Notes: generated by a model from the sequence alone, not told the origin. A stretch of DNA of 64,000 bases from an uncultured Selenomonadales bacterium (GCA_946407095.1 CAMJMR010000001.1:32632-96631); one strand, 5' to 3'; shown: positions 21,300-31,528, counted from the first letter of the stretch. Translations and numbers: made by a program.

Positions 21300-22301
21300 A
21301 TGTGGCGCGGACTTTACACGGCGGCGACCGGCATGATAAGCGAACAGAAACGCACAGACGTTATCGCGAACAACATAGCCAACGCCGCGACGACCGGTTA
21401 CAAACGCGACTTGACCGTTCACAAGGAATTTCATGAGCTGTTGATTAAGCGCGTCAACGACTTTGAGGAGGGCGGCACTGTCGGCTTGAGCGTTGCGCCG
21501 TTCAATTCGCTGGCGGAACTGGGCACGTCTCGCGAAGACGTCACGCAAATCAAGGGCTTCAACGCCGACCCGTTCAATCGCCCGAATATCGGACGGCTCG
21601 GCTTGGGCGACTACATCGACGAAGTTGCCGTCGACTATCAGCAGGGTGCGCTTGAGTCGACGGGCAACACTTACGACTTGGCGATTGTCGGCGACGGTTT
21701 CTTTGCCGTGCAGACGCCCGAAGGCGTGCGCTACACTCGCAACGGAGCATTCTTCAAAAACAACGCGGGCTTCCTGCAAGACATTCGCGGCTACAATCTG
21801 CTGGACACGCAGGGCAACCCGATTCGCATTCCCGCCAATGTTCGCGACTCGCAAATCTCAATCATGGGCAACGGCACCGTCACTGCGCCCGGCAACGCCA
21901 CGCAGCTCAACGAAGTGACCAATCGCCTTGAAGCTGTCGGCAATATGGCGGCTCGGCAAGTGTTGGCGCAAATTCAGTTCGTCGAATTCGGCAACCGCCT
22001 CGCGACGCAAAAGCAGGGCGACAACCTTTACTACGTCGTGGCGGACAACGAAGGCAACGACCCTCAAGCGCAAGCCGTCGGGCAAAACGTTCAGGCGCGA
22101 ATCATGAATCCCAATGCCCAACCGCGTCCCGCGTCGGGCGAAATCCTTCAAGGCACGCTGGAAAAATCCAATACGGCAATCGTGACGGAAATGGTTGAAC
22201 TGATTCACAATCAGCGCATGTATGAGGCGAATGCAAAAGCCGTCCTGTCGCAAGATTCGATGCTTGACAAGTCGGTTAATACCGTCGGAGCCATGGGCTA
22301 A
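21300..22301 (+). CDS. Flagellar basal-body rod protein, FlgF/FlgG family
   Basis: 333 aa ORF with N-terminal GMISEQKRTDVIANNIANAATTGYK and C-terminal LEKSNTAIVTEMVELIHNQRMYEANAKAV motifs. Confidence 0.85.
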   Translation: MWRGLYTAATGMISEQKRTDVIANNIANAATTGYKRDLTVHKEFHELLIKRVNDFEEGGTVGLSVAPFNSLAELGTSREDVTQIKGFNADPFNRPNIGRLGLGDYIDEVAVDYQQGALESTGNTYDLAIVGDGFFAVQTPEGVRYTRNGAFFKNNAGFLQDIRGYNLLDTQGNPIRIPANVRDSQISIMGNGTVTAPGNATQLNEVTNRLEAVGNMAARQVLAQIQFVEFGNRLATQKQGDNLYYVVADNEGNDPQAQAVGQNVQARIMNPNAQPRPASGEILQGTLEKSNTAIVTEMVELIHNQRMYEANAKAVLSQDSMLDKSVNTVGAMG

Positions 22302-22330
22302 GGAGGTGACGGCAACTAGGAATGAAAAAA

Positions 22331-22361
22331 CTAGTTCCTAGTTCCCAGTTCCTAGTTCCTC
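22331..22361. repeat. CTAG-heptamer tandem array upstream of the ABC ATPase gene
   Basis: ACTAGTTCCTAGTTCCCAGTTCCTAGTTCCT. An inverted single unit AACTAGGAA lies at 22315. Confidence 0.7.
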
Positions 22362-22365
22362 AACT

Positions 22366-23085
22366 ATGATTGAGATTAAAGGCTTGAAAAAATCTTTCGG
22401 CGACCTGCACGTCCTCAAAGGCATTGACTTGCACATTGACGAGCGCGAAGTCGTCGTGATAATCGGTCCTTCGGGCAGCGGCAAGTCGACGCTCTTGCGT
22501 TGCATAAATTTTTTGGAGGAGCCCACGGGCGGCACGATAACCGTTGACGGCATCCCCATGGACAGCGAGGCTAACGTCAACAAAGTCCGCGAAGAAGTCG
22601 GCATGGTTTTCCAACGCTTCAATCTGTTCCCGCATATGACCGTTCTCGACAACATCACGCTTGCGCCGATGAAAGTTCGCAAGATTGAACGTTCACGCGC
22701 CGAACAGACCGCGCAGGATTTGCTTGACCGCGTCGGCTTGGGCGACAAGGCGGAGGCTTATCCGAATCAGCTTAGCGGCGGACAGCAACAACGCGTTGCA
22801 ATCGCGCGCGCCCTGGCAATGCAACCTAAGGTTATGCTGTTCGACGAGCCAACAAGCGCGCTTGACCCCGAAATGGTCGGCGAAGTCCTCGACGTCATGC
22901 AACGCCTCGCCGAAAGCGGAATGACTATGATAATCGTCACGCATGAGATGGGTTTTGCCCGCGAAGTCGGCACGCGGCTGCTCTTCGTCGACGGCGGCTA
23001 TATCGTCGAACAGGGCAAACCCAAAGACGTTTTTGAAAACCCGAAGGAAGAACGAACAAAAGCATTCCTGTCGAAAATTCTGTAG
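22366..23085 (+). CDS. Polar amino-acid ABC transporter ATP-binding protein (GlnQ/HisP-like), orphan
   Basis: 239 aa ORF with Walker [10 protein letters not shown], signature [15 protein letters not shown] and Walker [12 protein letters not shown]. No permease or binding-protein gene is adjacent. Confidence 0.9.
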   Translation: MIEIKGLKKSFGDLHVLKGIDLHIDEREVVVIIGPSGSGKSTLLRCINFLEEPTGGTITVDGIPMDSEANVNKVREEVGMVFQRFNLFPHMTVLDNITLAPMKVRKIERSRAEQTAQDLLDRVGLGDKAEAYPNQLSGGQQQRVAIARALAMQPKVMLFDEPTSALDPEMVGEVLDVMQRLAESGMTMIIVTHEMGFAREVGTRLLFVDGGYIVEQGKPKDVFENPKEERTKAFLSKIL

Positions 23086-23097
23086 GAGGCCGGACTC

Positions 23098-24226
23098 ATG
23101 AAAGTTGCGATTTGCGGTTATCCGCCACTCGCTCTGCAAGTTCAGGAGAGCTTAAAAACCAGCGGCATCGAATTCAAATTTTTTATCTAAGACTTTGTAT
23201 CGACGCGGGGAAAGGACAATTTAGTTACCAATCTTCCGCTGATAAATTTTTTTGAATTCAGGCGGCTCGTAAACGCGGACGAACTTGACGGAGTGATTAT
23301 CGCCGAAGACTTCATGAGCCCTTTCACTAAGCAGGTCGTCAATGCCCTCAAGTTTTATAACATTCCTCAAGTCGGCTTAATCTCATTCAATAACGTTAGC
23401 CCTTCGCCGATTTATTGGCTCGACACGACCAAAATTTTTCTCCCCTATCTTGAATCGGATATAACGGATCACTGTAATTTGAATTGTCGCGGCTGTTGCC
23501 ATTTCGCTAACTTCTCACTGGAAGACGAATTTTATCCGCTGGAAAATTTTAGGCGCGATATCAGCCGAATAGCACAAACGTGTGACGTTTTGAAGTTCCG
23601 CTTGCTGGGCGGCGAGCCGCTGGTCATGAAAAATTTCGACGAATACATGAACATTGCACGACAATACTTTCCGAAAAGTGCTTTGGAATTCGTGACAAAC
23701 GGCTTGCTTATTCCGTCGCTTCCACAGAAAATCCTCGATACCCTCCGCGAAACAAGATGCGTAATTCATTTTTCGCTCTATCCTCCAACCGCTAAAATAT
23801 TGGAAAAAATAACAGCCAGGTTGCGCGAGAATTCCATACCTTATGACGTAGCGAAGAAGGTTGAAAATTTTGCGGCGCAAATGACACTTAACGGCAACAA
23901 TAACCCCGGTAAATCAATCGCCGCCTGCAGATGTAACGAATGCCGTTCCATTCGCAACGGCAGAATTTACAAATGCCCGATTGATGCCGCGTGCTACAAG
24001 TTTGCCAAAAAGTTCGAGTTAAAAAAATTCGCTTCACCGACGGGCATTGACATTTTTTTCGCCGAATTTTTCTTCATTGCTTCCCTTGCTGGACGGCGAT
24101 GTTGAGCTGTGTCATTGGTGCGGCGAAATGCATCGTGAAATTCCGTGGAGCACTTCAAATAAGCCGGAGCTTGAAGATTTTCTTGTTAATCCCGATGAGA
24201 TAAAAAATTTCCGTTGAAATGTCGCG
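23098..24226 (+). pseudogene. Radical SAM protein gene, disrupted by an in-frame TAA and a frameshift in a T7 tract
   Basis: ATG 23098 opens the same frame as ORF 23293..24105 but hits TAA at 23188. A CNLNCRGCC radical SAM cluster motif is present. After TTTTTTT (24052-24058) the conserved-looking C-terminus ...LDGDVELCHWCGEMHREIPW... continues in another frame to the stop at 24224-24226. Confidence 0.65.
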
Positions 24227-24253
24227 TTCCAAACCGGTATAAGCATAAACAAG

Positions 24254-24281
24254 TGCCTCGACTTGAGTCGGGGCATTTTTT
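24254..24281 (+). terminator. Rho-independent terminator after the radical SAM gene
   Basis: Hairpin TGCCTCGACTTGAGTCGGGGCA followed by TTTTTT. Confidence 0.6.
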
Positions 24282-24283
24282 GT

Positions 24284-24312
24284 TTGACACGCAAAAAAGC
24301 TTATCTTATACT
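24284..24312 (+). promoter_or_regulatory. Candidate sigma-A promoter of the bacteriocin-export operon
   Basis: TTGACA (24284-24289), 17 nt spacer, TATACT (24307-24312), about 40 nt upstream of the ATG at 24353. Confidence 0.55.
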
Positions 24313-24352
24313 TTCAAGCGAAAAATCGCTGAAGGGAGGGCGAATATTTTAA

Positions 24353-25525
24353 ATGAAAAAATCCTACATGATTGGACTCGTCCTAATCTTGCTGTTCGCG
24401 GTCTCAATGATAGCTTACGGCGCATGGCTGAATCAAACCGGCGAAAATCAAATAGCAGAGCGCATGGAAAATCGAACAATCCCGCTTCAAGGAGCAAAGG
24501 CTCAAGTGCGCGATTTCTATCCGCGAATCGAAATGGAAACGGTAAATCTTTACTCGGAGGAAATGGCGGATGCGGTCGCGCTGATTGACGGGCGTATCGA
24601 AGGAATTTTCGTGTCGAAGAACTCAAACGTTCGGCGCGGGCAAGTTATCTTCTCTCTGGTGAACGACGACATTCCGCTGAAGATTCAGCAGGCGGAAAGT
24701 TCAATCGCCAAGGCGGAGGCTCAGCTCGCCAACGCCAAAAACAACTACGCCCGCTACACGCGCCTGATGGAACGCGACGCAACCTCTAAAGAAAAATTCG
24801 ACGAGGCGGAGGCGGCTTTCTTCGCGTCGACGGCGGCTTTGAAAGAGGCGCAAACCGTTAAGGAACAGCTTTTGGTTCAATCTGCGCGGCAAGACGTCAT
24901 TGCCCCGATAGACGGCGAAATTTTGATTCTGTACAAGCAACAGGGCGCATACGTTCAAGCGGGCACGCCGTTGGCATTGGTCGGAAATTTTTCTCGGCTG
25001 TACTTTTCCATGCCGATTGACGACAGACACGCCAAGCGCATTGCCGTGGGCGATAGCGCGGAATTGAGTTTCACAACCAGCCAAATTTTGCGCAAGGCTT
25101 ACGACACCGAATACGCGGCGGGCAATCGCGGCGACGCCGAAATTTTTACGGTTTCCGTGCGCGATATCATGCCTCCCTTGAATGAGCCCGCGACACTTCG
25201 CAAAATCGTTTGGGAAGTCGATAACCGCGTCGGGCTCCTCGAACAGCAAGCCTACAGCGGCGCAATCATAAGGTCTTCGCGCTCCAGAAAACTTTTGGCT
25301 GTCCCGCTCGACGCAATGACCGATTCAAAGCACAATGCAGTTTTCATCGTCACGCCGCAAAATACAATCGAACGCCGCTCTGTCAAGACGGGCGCGGACG
25401 ACGGCGAATACATTGAGATTCTCACGGGCTTGAAGGAGGGCGACACCGTCATCACGTCCGCTGCCGAAGGGCTCGAAGACGGCATGAAAGTCACCGTGAC
25501 TTTGACGGGAGGCGATGACACTTGA
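24353..25525 (+). CDS. HlyD-family / efflux periplasmic adaptor (membrane fusion protein)
   Basis: 390 aa ORF with an N-terminal transmembrane helix, a lipoyl-like segment GRIEGIFVSKNSNVRRGQVIFSL, a coiled-coil region and a C-terminal beta-barrel. Confidence 0.85.
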   Translation: MKKSYMIGLVLILLFAVSMIAYGAWLNQTGENQIAERMENRTIPLQGAKAQVRDFYPRIEMETVNLYSEEMADAVALIDGRIEGIFVSKNSNVRRGQVIFSLVNDDIPLKIQQAESSIAKAEAQLANAKNNYARYTRLMERDATSKEKFDEAEAAFFASTAALKEAQTVKEQLLVQSARQDVIAPIDGEILILYKQQGAYVQAGTPLALVGNFSRLYFSMPIDDRHAKRIAVGDSAELSFTTSQILRKAYDTEYAAGNRGDAEIFTVSVRDIMPPLNEPATLRKIVWEVDNRVGLLEQQAYSGAIIRSSRSRKLLAVPLDAMTDSKHNAVFIVTPQNTIERRSVKTGADDGEYIEILTGLKEGDTVITSAAEGLEDGMKVTVTLTGGDDT

Positions 25526-26484
25526 GGCAACAGAATTCGCAAATTTTCAGCCAAGAAGCTCTCGACAAATTACGCTCGCCCGAAAAACTCGATACCATGT
25601 TACCAATAACGACGCCCGTCAGCTGGATAGGACTAATCGCCGTATTGGTTTTATTATTTTCTGTCGTGCTGTGGTCGATTTATGGCGCGTTCACGGTCAA
25701 GGCGGACGGCATGGGGCTAATCATGGACTCGGCGGGCGTCATGAACGTTTCGCACACCGCCAACGGGAAAATCGCGCAGCTTTACGTTCGTCCCGGCACG
25801 CGGGTTAAAAAGGGCGACTTGATAGCGCACATGGAACAGGCTCAACAATCCGCCGACACTCGCATGGCGCAATACGGCATGGGCTTGGCGTCAAGCGACC
25901 GCGACGCTATGGGGCGCGCTTACCAATACGACGCCAAACGCTATCAGCAGGACGTGGCGGAGGATATTTACAGCGACTACGACGGCATTGTTGATGAAGT
26001 TATGGTGGACGTCGGGACGCTCGTCACTGCCGGCACCCCGATTTGCTCGGTGCGCATGACCCAAAACCGCGACGACTTGACGGGCTTGCTGTACATTCCG
26101 CTCGACAAGGGCAAGCGCGTCGAAGCGGGTATGACGATTCAGCTCGCTCCCAACGGCGCGGACGTTTCGCAAACGGGCTCGTTGCTCGGCGTCGTGCGTT
26201 CCGTTTCCCAATACCCGATAACCGCGCAGGGCATTCAGCAACACCTCGGCAATCCCCAACTCGCGCAATGGATTTTACAGGCGCAAAACTCTTCGCTAAT
26301 GGAAGTGACTTTCGACCTCGTCAAAGACGCGGACGACAAGTCGGGCTACCTGTGGACTTCTCACGTCGGCGAACACAAACCCGTAACGGCGGGCTCGTTC
26401 TGTACGGGCTCGATTATCATTGAGCGCAAGCCGCCGATTGAAAAAGTTTTCTACAAGCTCAGTCAGTGGCTAAGGAACAGATGA
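25522..26484 (+). CDS. NHLP/NHLM bacteriocin-system secretion protein (HlyD family)
   Basis: 320 aa ORF. IFSQEALDKLRSPEKLDTMLPITTPVSWI... is the typical N-terminus of the NHLM_micro_HlyD family. It is coupled to the two ABC genes downstream. Confidence 0.8.
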   Translation: MRQQNSQIFSQEALDKLRSPEKLDTMLPITTPVSWIGLIAVLVLLFSVVLWSIYGAFTVKADGMGLIMDSAGVMNVSHTANGKIAQLYVRPGTRVKKGDLIAHMEQAQQSADTRMAQYGMGLASSDRDAMGRAYQYDAKRYQQDVAEDIYSDYDGIVDEVMVDVGTLVTAGTPICSVRMTQNRDDLTGLLYIPLDKGKRVEAGMTIQLAPNGADVSQTGSLLGVVRSVSQYPITAQGIQQHLGNPQLAQWILQAQNSSLMEVTFDLVKDADDKSGYLWTSHVGEHKPVTAGSFCTGSIIIERKPPIEKVFYKLSQWLRNR

Positions 26485-28700
26485 TGGAAATAATTGACAA
26501 GATAAAAGATTTTTTCGGCCTCGGTAAGTCTCGCGTCAAAGTGCCGACGATTTTGCAAATGGAGGCGACCGAATGCGGCGCGGCTTCCTTGTCGATGATT
26601 TTGTCTCATTACGGCTTGTGGCTGCCGCTGGAAAAGCTTCGTCAAGAATGCGGCGTCAATCGCGACGGCTCAAAGGCAAGTTGCGTGATTCGGGCGGCTC
26701 GCAATCGCGGGTGCACCGCCAACGGCTATCGCTGGAAGGCCGACCGACTCAAAGAGCTGATGGAGTTCCCGCTGATTATTCACTGGGAATTTAATCACTT
26801 CGTCGTGCTGGAGGGCATTAAGGGCGACACGGTTTATCTGAACGACCCCGCGATGGGCAGGCGCACCGTCAAGTGGGATGATTTCCGCACGTCTTACACG
26901 GGCGTGGCGTTGCACGTCGTCCCCAATGAGGCTTTCAAGCGCGAAGGCGAACGCTACAACATCTTCAAGGACGTGGCAAGGAAACTCGCGAAGGACAAGT
27001 GGGCGGTGCTGTTCATTGTCCTGCTCAACCTCGGCATGATTATTCCGGGGCTCGCCTCGCCGGTCTTCAGCCAAATTTTCCTCGACGACATACTGACCAA
27101 AAAGCATCCCGATTGGATGTTCAACTTCTGCCTGGCAATGACGGTGTCTTGGGTCGTGTGCGGCTTCATGACGTGGCTACAAGCCGTTATCTTGACGCGC
27201 TGGCAACAAAAATTGACGCTCGCCGACTCAAGCAGTTTCTTCTGGCACCTGTTGCGCTTGCCCATGCAGTTTTTCAATCAGCGTTTCGCGGGCGAAGTGG
27301 CGTCGCGCGTCAACTTCAACGAATCAATCGCGGGCGTCTTATCGGGGCCGGCGGCATTGGCGATTCTGAATTTCCTCGTCGCGATTTTTTATTTGCTGTT
27401 GCTGCTCCAATATCACGTGACCTTGACGCTGATAGGCATTTTCTTTTCCAGTATCAACATAATAATTTTCTTCGCCCTGCGCCGACACCTAACCGATATG
27501 AACATGAAAATTCAGCAGGACGCGGGCAAGGAATACGGCACGACCATGAACGGGCTCATGATGATTGAGACGATTAAGGCGAACGGCAACGAGTCCGATT
27601 TCTTCGCGAAGTGGGCGGGCTACCGCGCCAAAGTCCTCAAGGCGGGTCAAGACGTCGCGCTGTGGCAGATGACGGCAACGATTATCCCGACGCTGTTCGG
27701 CGGCATTAACGGCGCGCTGATTATGACAATCGGCGGCTTCTCGATAATGGACGGCGTTTTGACGGCGGGCATGTTCACTGCCTTCCAAAGTTTGATGGGC
27801 AGCTTTCAAGCACCTGTCGGCGCATTGCTCGGCTTAGGCTCGACGCTCCAGACGACCGAAATGCAAATGCAACGCCTCGACGACGTGCGCAAGTATGAAA
27901 TTGACGATTTGAATTGCTGCGATGAAAAACTTCCCGAAGGCAAGCCGATTGAACGCCTCAACGGCGAACTTGAGCTTAAAGATATCGACTTCGGCTACAG
28001 CCCGCTGGAAAAGCCGCTTATCAGCAAATTTTCTCTGCACATTGAGCCGGGGCATTGGGTGGCGGTCGTCGGCGAGAGCGGTTCGGGCAAATCGACCGTC
28101 GCCAAGGTCGTCACGGGCATTTACGAGGAATGGAGCGGCGAAGTTCGTTTCGACGGCGTGATTCGGCGTGAATTGCCCCGCGCTGTTATCGTCAATTCGA
28201 TTTCCGCCGTCGACCAAGACGTTTTCCAAATCACGGGCACGATTGCGCAAAACCTGTCGCTGTTCGACGATTCTGTTCGGCGCACGGACATCATTCAGGC
28301 GGCGAAGGACGCTTGCATTCACGAAGACATTTTGCAACTGGAAAAGGGCTACGATTCGGAAGTGTCGGAAGGCGGCTTGAACTTCAGCGGCGGGCAACGT
28401 CAACGCCTGGAGATAGCTCGCGCCCTTGCCACCAATCCGTCACTGCTTGTCCTGGACGAAGCAACCAGCGCGCTCGACCCCATGACGGAGCAAACCGTTC
28501 TTGAAAACATTCGGCGGCGCGGCTGTTCGTGCTTAATCGTTGCGCACAGACTTTCTACGATTCGCGATTGCGACGAGATTATCGTCTTGCAACACGGACA
28601 AGTCGTCGAACGCGGCACGCATCGCGAAATGATTCAGCACGACGGAGCGTATAAGCGGCTGATTGAGGAACGAAGTCAGGAGAGTGACGCGCTTGAGTAA
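26466..28700 (+). CDS. Bacteriocin export ABC transporter, C39 peptidase/permease/ATPase subunit
   Basis: 744 aa ORF with a C39 domain (QMEATECGAASLSMIL...HFVVLEG), six transmembrane helices, Walker A GESGSGKST and signature FSGGQRQRLEIARAL. Confidence 0.9.
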   Translation: MAKEQMMEIIDKIKDFFGLGKSRVKVPTILQMEATECGAASLSMILSHYGLWLPLEKLRQECGVNRDGSKASCVIRAARNRGCTANGYRWKADRLKELMEFPLIIHWEFNHFVVLEGIKGDTVYLNDPAMGRRTVKWDDFRTSYTGVALHVVPNEAFKREGERYNIFKDVARKLAKDKWAVLFIVLLNLGMIIPGLASPVFSQIFLDDILTKKHPDWMFNFCLAMTVSWVVCGFMTWLQAVILTRWQQKLTLADSSSFFWHLLRLPMQFFNQRFAGEVASRVNFNESIAGVLSGPAALAILNFLVAIFYLLLLLQYHVTLTLIGIFFSSINIIIFFALRRHLTDMNMKIQQDAGKEYGTTMNGLMMIETIKANGNESDFFAKWAGYRAKVLKAGQDVALWQMTATIIPTLFGGINGALIMTIGGFSIMDGVLTAGMFTAFQSLMGSFQAPVGALLGLGSTLQTTEMQMQRLDDVRKYEIDDLNCCDEKLPEGKPIERLNGELELKDIDFGYSPLEKPLISKFSLHIEPGHWVAVVGESGSGKSTVAKVVTGIYEEWSGEVRFDGVIRRELPRAVIVNSISAVDQDVFQITGTIAQNLSLFDDSVRRTDIIQAAKDACIHEDILQLEKGYDSEVSEGGLNFSGGQRQRLEIARALATNPSLLVLDEATSALDPMTEQTVLENIRRRGCSCLIVAHRLSTIRDCDEIIVLQHGQVVERGTHREMIQHDGAYKRLIEERSQESDALE

Positions 28701-31383
28701 AAATTTTTCGCTTAAGGCCGGCGAACGCTTTCGATTGCAGGACGGCGAACGGCTCGCGCTGATTGAGTCGGGCAAGGTCGAAGTCTACGTCGTCACTCGC
28801 GCCGAGGGTTCCTTCCGTCAGCAATTCTTGGTTGAGTTGACGGCGGGGGAGGCGGCTTTCCCGTCGCTTGACGAATTTGAGCAGACCGAAACGCTGATTT
28901 ACGCCGCCGAAGACTCGCAAATAAAAATCCTCACGTTCGACGAAGCAGAGCCCGCCGCGTTGAAAAATTTCATGCGCAACTGGTTCGCCGAGCTGATTAA
29001 GTTGCCGTGGCTGCGCCTGCTTGCCGACAAGGGCGACGACGTTCTAATCACGTGGCTGGACGGCACGGTTCTGGAGGGCGCGGACGATTTGACCGACGCC
29101 TTCCGCGAAAACGAAGAAATTTTTTCAATGCTGTTGGGCGTGCGCTTCCAAGCGGAGGATAAGCGTTTCTCTCAACGCGTCGAAGTCCGCACGCGCAATC
29201 AGCGGCGACTGCTTGACAACTCGATAGCAAACCTCCTCGGCGAAGAAACGACCCAATACAGCGAAACGACCGAACGCGCCGAACTTTTGGAGGAGGCGTC
29301 TTTTATCGTGCGGCGGGCTGCCGTTGCGCTGAACATGCCGACCGACAACATCAAACTCGACCCCGAAATCGTTCGCAAGCTCGACCAAATCAGATTGATT
29401 CGGCGGCTCGTTCAAAAGGGCAACATGCAGATGCGCCTTATCGAACTCGTCGAAGACTGGCATAAAAACGACAGCGGCGTCATAATCGGCTACTACGGCG
29501 AACGAAAGACCCTTGCCGTCTTCGTGCCGACCGCGCCCGACAAATACAAGCTAATCACCAAGGACAAGCCCGAAGGCATCCCGATAACCGACGACGTTGC
29601 CGCGCAGATTGACAGGAGTGCCTTTGAATGCTACGGCGGCTTCCCTGCGCGGGAACTGGGCATTCTCGACCTGATGAAGTTCATTTTCAAGCAGTGCTGG
29701 ATTTCCGACTACAAAACCGTCATCGTTATCAGCCTCGTATCGGGTTTGATTCCGTTGGCAATGCCGCTGGTGACGGAAACGATTTTCGCCGACATAATCC
29801 CGATTCTCGACCGTCAAGGGCTCGCGACCGTCACGCAGGTCATCATGGTCACAAGCTTCACGACGGCGTCATTGGGCATCGTCCGCACGATAGCCGTCAT
29901 GCGAATCACAACGCGCATGAACATGGCGACGGAGGCGGCTCTTTGGGGACGACTGCTCACCTTGCCGACGAAATTTTTCCGCCGGTTCACCTCCGGCGAA
30001 TTGGCAAGCCGCATGAACGGTATCAGCGTCATCAAAGGGCTCGTCAGCGCAGATTTTATCGGCGGGCTGTTCGGCTTCGTCTTCAGCTTCTGGAGCATCT
30101 TTTTGATGTGCTACTACAGCCTCAAGCTCACTGCGGTGGCGGTGGTTATCTGGTTCGTCTACGCGATTGTCACGGCGTTCATCTATCGGCGCGTCATAAA
30201 CTTTCAGCGCAGCCTTATCGCCGCCAACAACAAGGAGGCGGGCATTGTCCAACAGATTTTCAAAGGGCTTGCCAAGTTCCGCGAACACGGCGCGGAGAAT
30301 CAAGCTTACTGGTTGTGGAGCGGCGTCTTCGGCGAAACGTGGAAATGGAACTTGAAACTGCGCTGGCAAAGCAACTACAACATGATTATCGGCAGCGTTC
30401 AGCCGTTTATCTTGACGATGGCACTTTACTATATCGCGGTCTACGGCATTAACGAGGTCGGCCCCAACGGGCAAATGGTTCAAGGCATAACCTACGCGCA
30501 GTTCATTGCGTTCCAAGGAGCCTTCTCAAGCTTCAACGCCACGCTGAACGGGATTGTTCCGCTTGTCGGTCAATACTTCGCGATTCAGCCGCACATTGAA
30601 AACTTGCGCCCGATACTCAAGGAAGTGCCCGAAAGCGTCGGCGAAAAGGCGGACGCGGGCATTTTGAGTGGCGCGATTGAACTCAACGGCGTGACGTTCG
30701 CCTACAACGAGGGGCATGACGTTTTGCACGAAGTCAGCTTCAAGATAGCGGCGGGCGAGAACGTTGCGATAGTCGGGCGGTCGGGTTGCGGCAAGTCGAC
30801 GCTTGTAAGGTTGCTTTTGGGTTTCGAGACGCCGCGCAAGGGCTCAATCTACTTCGACGGTCAAGACTTGGCTGAACTCAACTTGCCGAGCGTCAGAACT
30901 CAAATGGGCGTCGTGTTGCAAAACGGTCAGCTCATGCAAGGCGACATCTTCACGAACATAATCGGCACCAACGCCTTGACGCAGGAGGACGCATGGCAGG
31001 CGGCCGAGGCGGCGGGCATTGCGGCTGATATCGCGATGATGCCCATGGGTATGCAAACCGTCATCAGCGAGGGCTCAACCAATATCAGCGGCGGACAACG
31101 GCAAAGGATTTTGATAGCCCGCGCCCTGGTTACCAAACCGTCAATCCTAATCTTCGACGAGGCGACCAGCGCGCTTGACAACCGAACTCAAGCCATCGTC
31201 ACAAAGAGCCTGGACAGCCTCAACGCCACGCGAATAATCGTTGCCCACCGCTTGTCGACGATTCGCAACTGCGACAGGATTTTGGTCATGGACGCGGGCA
31301 GGATTGTCGAGAACGGCACCTTCGACGATTTGGTTGCGCAAGGCGGGATTTTTGCTAACTTGGTCAAACGTCAGACGGCTTAA
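28684..31383 (+). CDS. Bacteriocin export ABC transporter, permease/ATPase subunit with an N-terminal cNMP-binding-like domain
   Basis: About 900 aa, with Walker A GRSGCGKST and signature ISGGQRQRILIARAL. The GTG at 28684 is preceded by AGGAGA. The track ORF begins at TTG 28663. Confidence 0.88.
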   Translation: MTRLSKNFSLKAGERFRLQDGERLALIESGKVEVYVVTRAEGSFRQQFLVELTAGEAAFPSLDEFEQTETLIYAAEDSQIKILTFDEAEPAALKNFMRNWFAELIKLPWLRLLADKGDDVLITWLDGTVLEGADDLTDAFRENEEIFSMLLGVRFQAEDKRFSQRVEVRTRNQRRLLDNSIANLLGEETTQYSETTERAELLEEASFIVRRAAVALNMPTDNIKLDPEIVRKLDQIRLIRRLVQKGNMQMRLIELVEDWHKNDSGVIIGYYGERKTLAVFVPTAPDKYKLITKDKPEGIPITDDVAAQIDRSAFECYGGFPARELGILDLMKFIFKQCWISDYKTVIVISLVSGLIPLAMPLVTETIFADIIPILDRQGLATVTQVIMVTSFTTASLGIVRTIAVMRITTRMNMATEAALWGRLLTLPTKFFRRFTSGELASRMNGISVIKGLVSADFIGGLFGFVFSFWSIFLMCYYSLKLTAVAVVIWFVYAIVTAFIYRRVINFQRSLIAANNKEAGIVQQIFKGLAKFREHGAENQAYWLWSGVFGETWKWNLKLRWQSNYNMIIGSVQPFILTMALYYIAVYGINEVGPNGQMVQGITYAQFIAFQGAFSSFNATLNGIVPLVGQYFAIQPHIENLRPILKEVPESVGEKADAGILSGAIELNGVTFAYNEGHDVLHEVSFKIAAGENVAIVGRSGCGKSTLVRLLLGFETPRKGSIYFDGQDLAELNLPSVRTQMGVVLQNGQLMQGDIFTNIIGTNALTQEDAWQAAEAAGIAADIAMMPMGMQTVISEGSTNISGGQRQRILIARALVTKPSILIFDEATSALDNRTQAIVTKSLDSLNATRIIVAHRLSTIRNCDRILVMDAGRIVENGTFDDLVAQGGIFANLVKRQTA

Positions 31384-31435
31384 GGGGGATTTGGCATGAA
31401 GAATTTTTTGACGACCTTAAGCGCGGCGATTGAGT

Positions 31436-31528
31436 GGGCTAGCAATGCGCAGCGTTGCGTTTTGACGCGGCGAATACGTTTGAATCATGAGCGACACGGC
31501 GCGCTATCCGGATGCAACGTCACGTTGC
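31436..31528 (+). repeat. Family-1 element, copy 2 (subtype a)
   Basis: GGGCTAGCAATGCGCAGCGTTGCGTTTTGACGCGGCGAATACGTTTGAATCATGAGCGACACGGCGCGCTATCCGGATGCAACGTCACGTTGC. Confidence 0.85.

Noticed and set aside
24214-24588. 124-aa ORF spanning the terminator and promoter region and the start of the first adaptor gene.
   Set aside because: It overlaps a terminator hairpin, a consensus-like promoter and the 5' end of a well-supported membrane-fusion protein gene in another frame. Its composition is Arg/Ser/Asn-rich.
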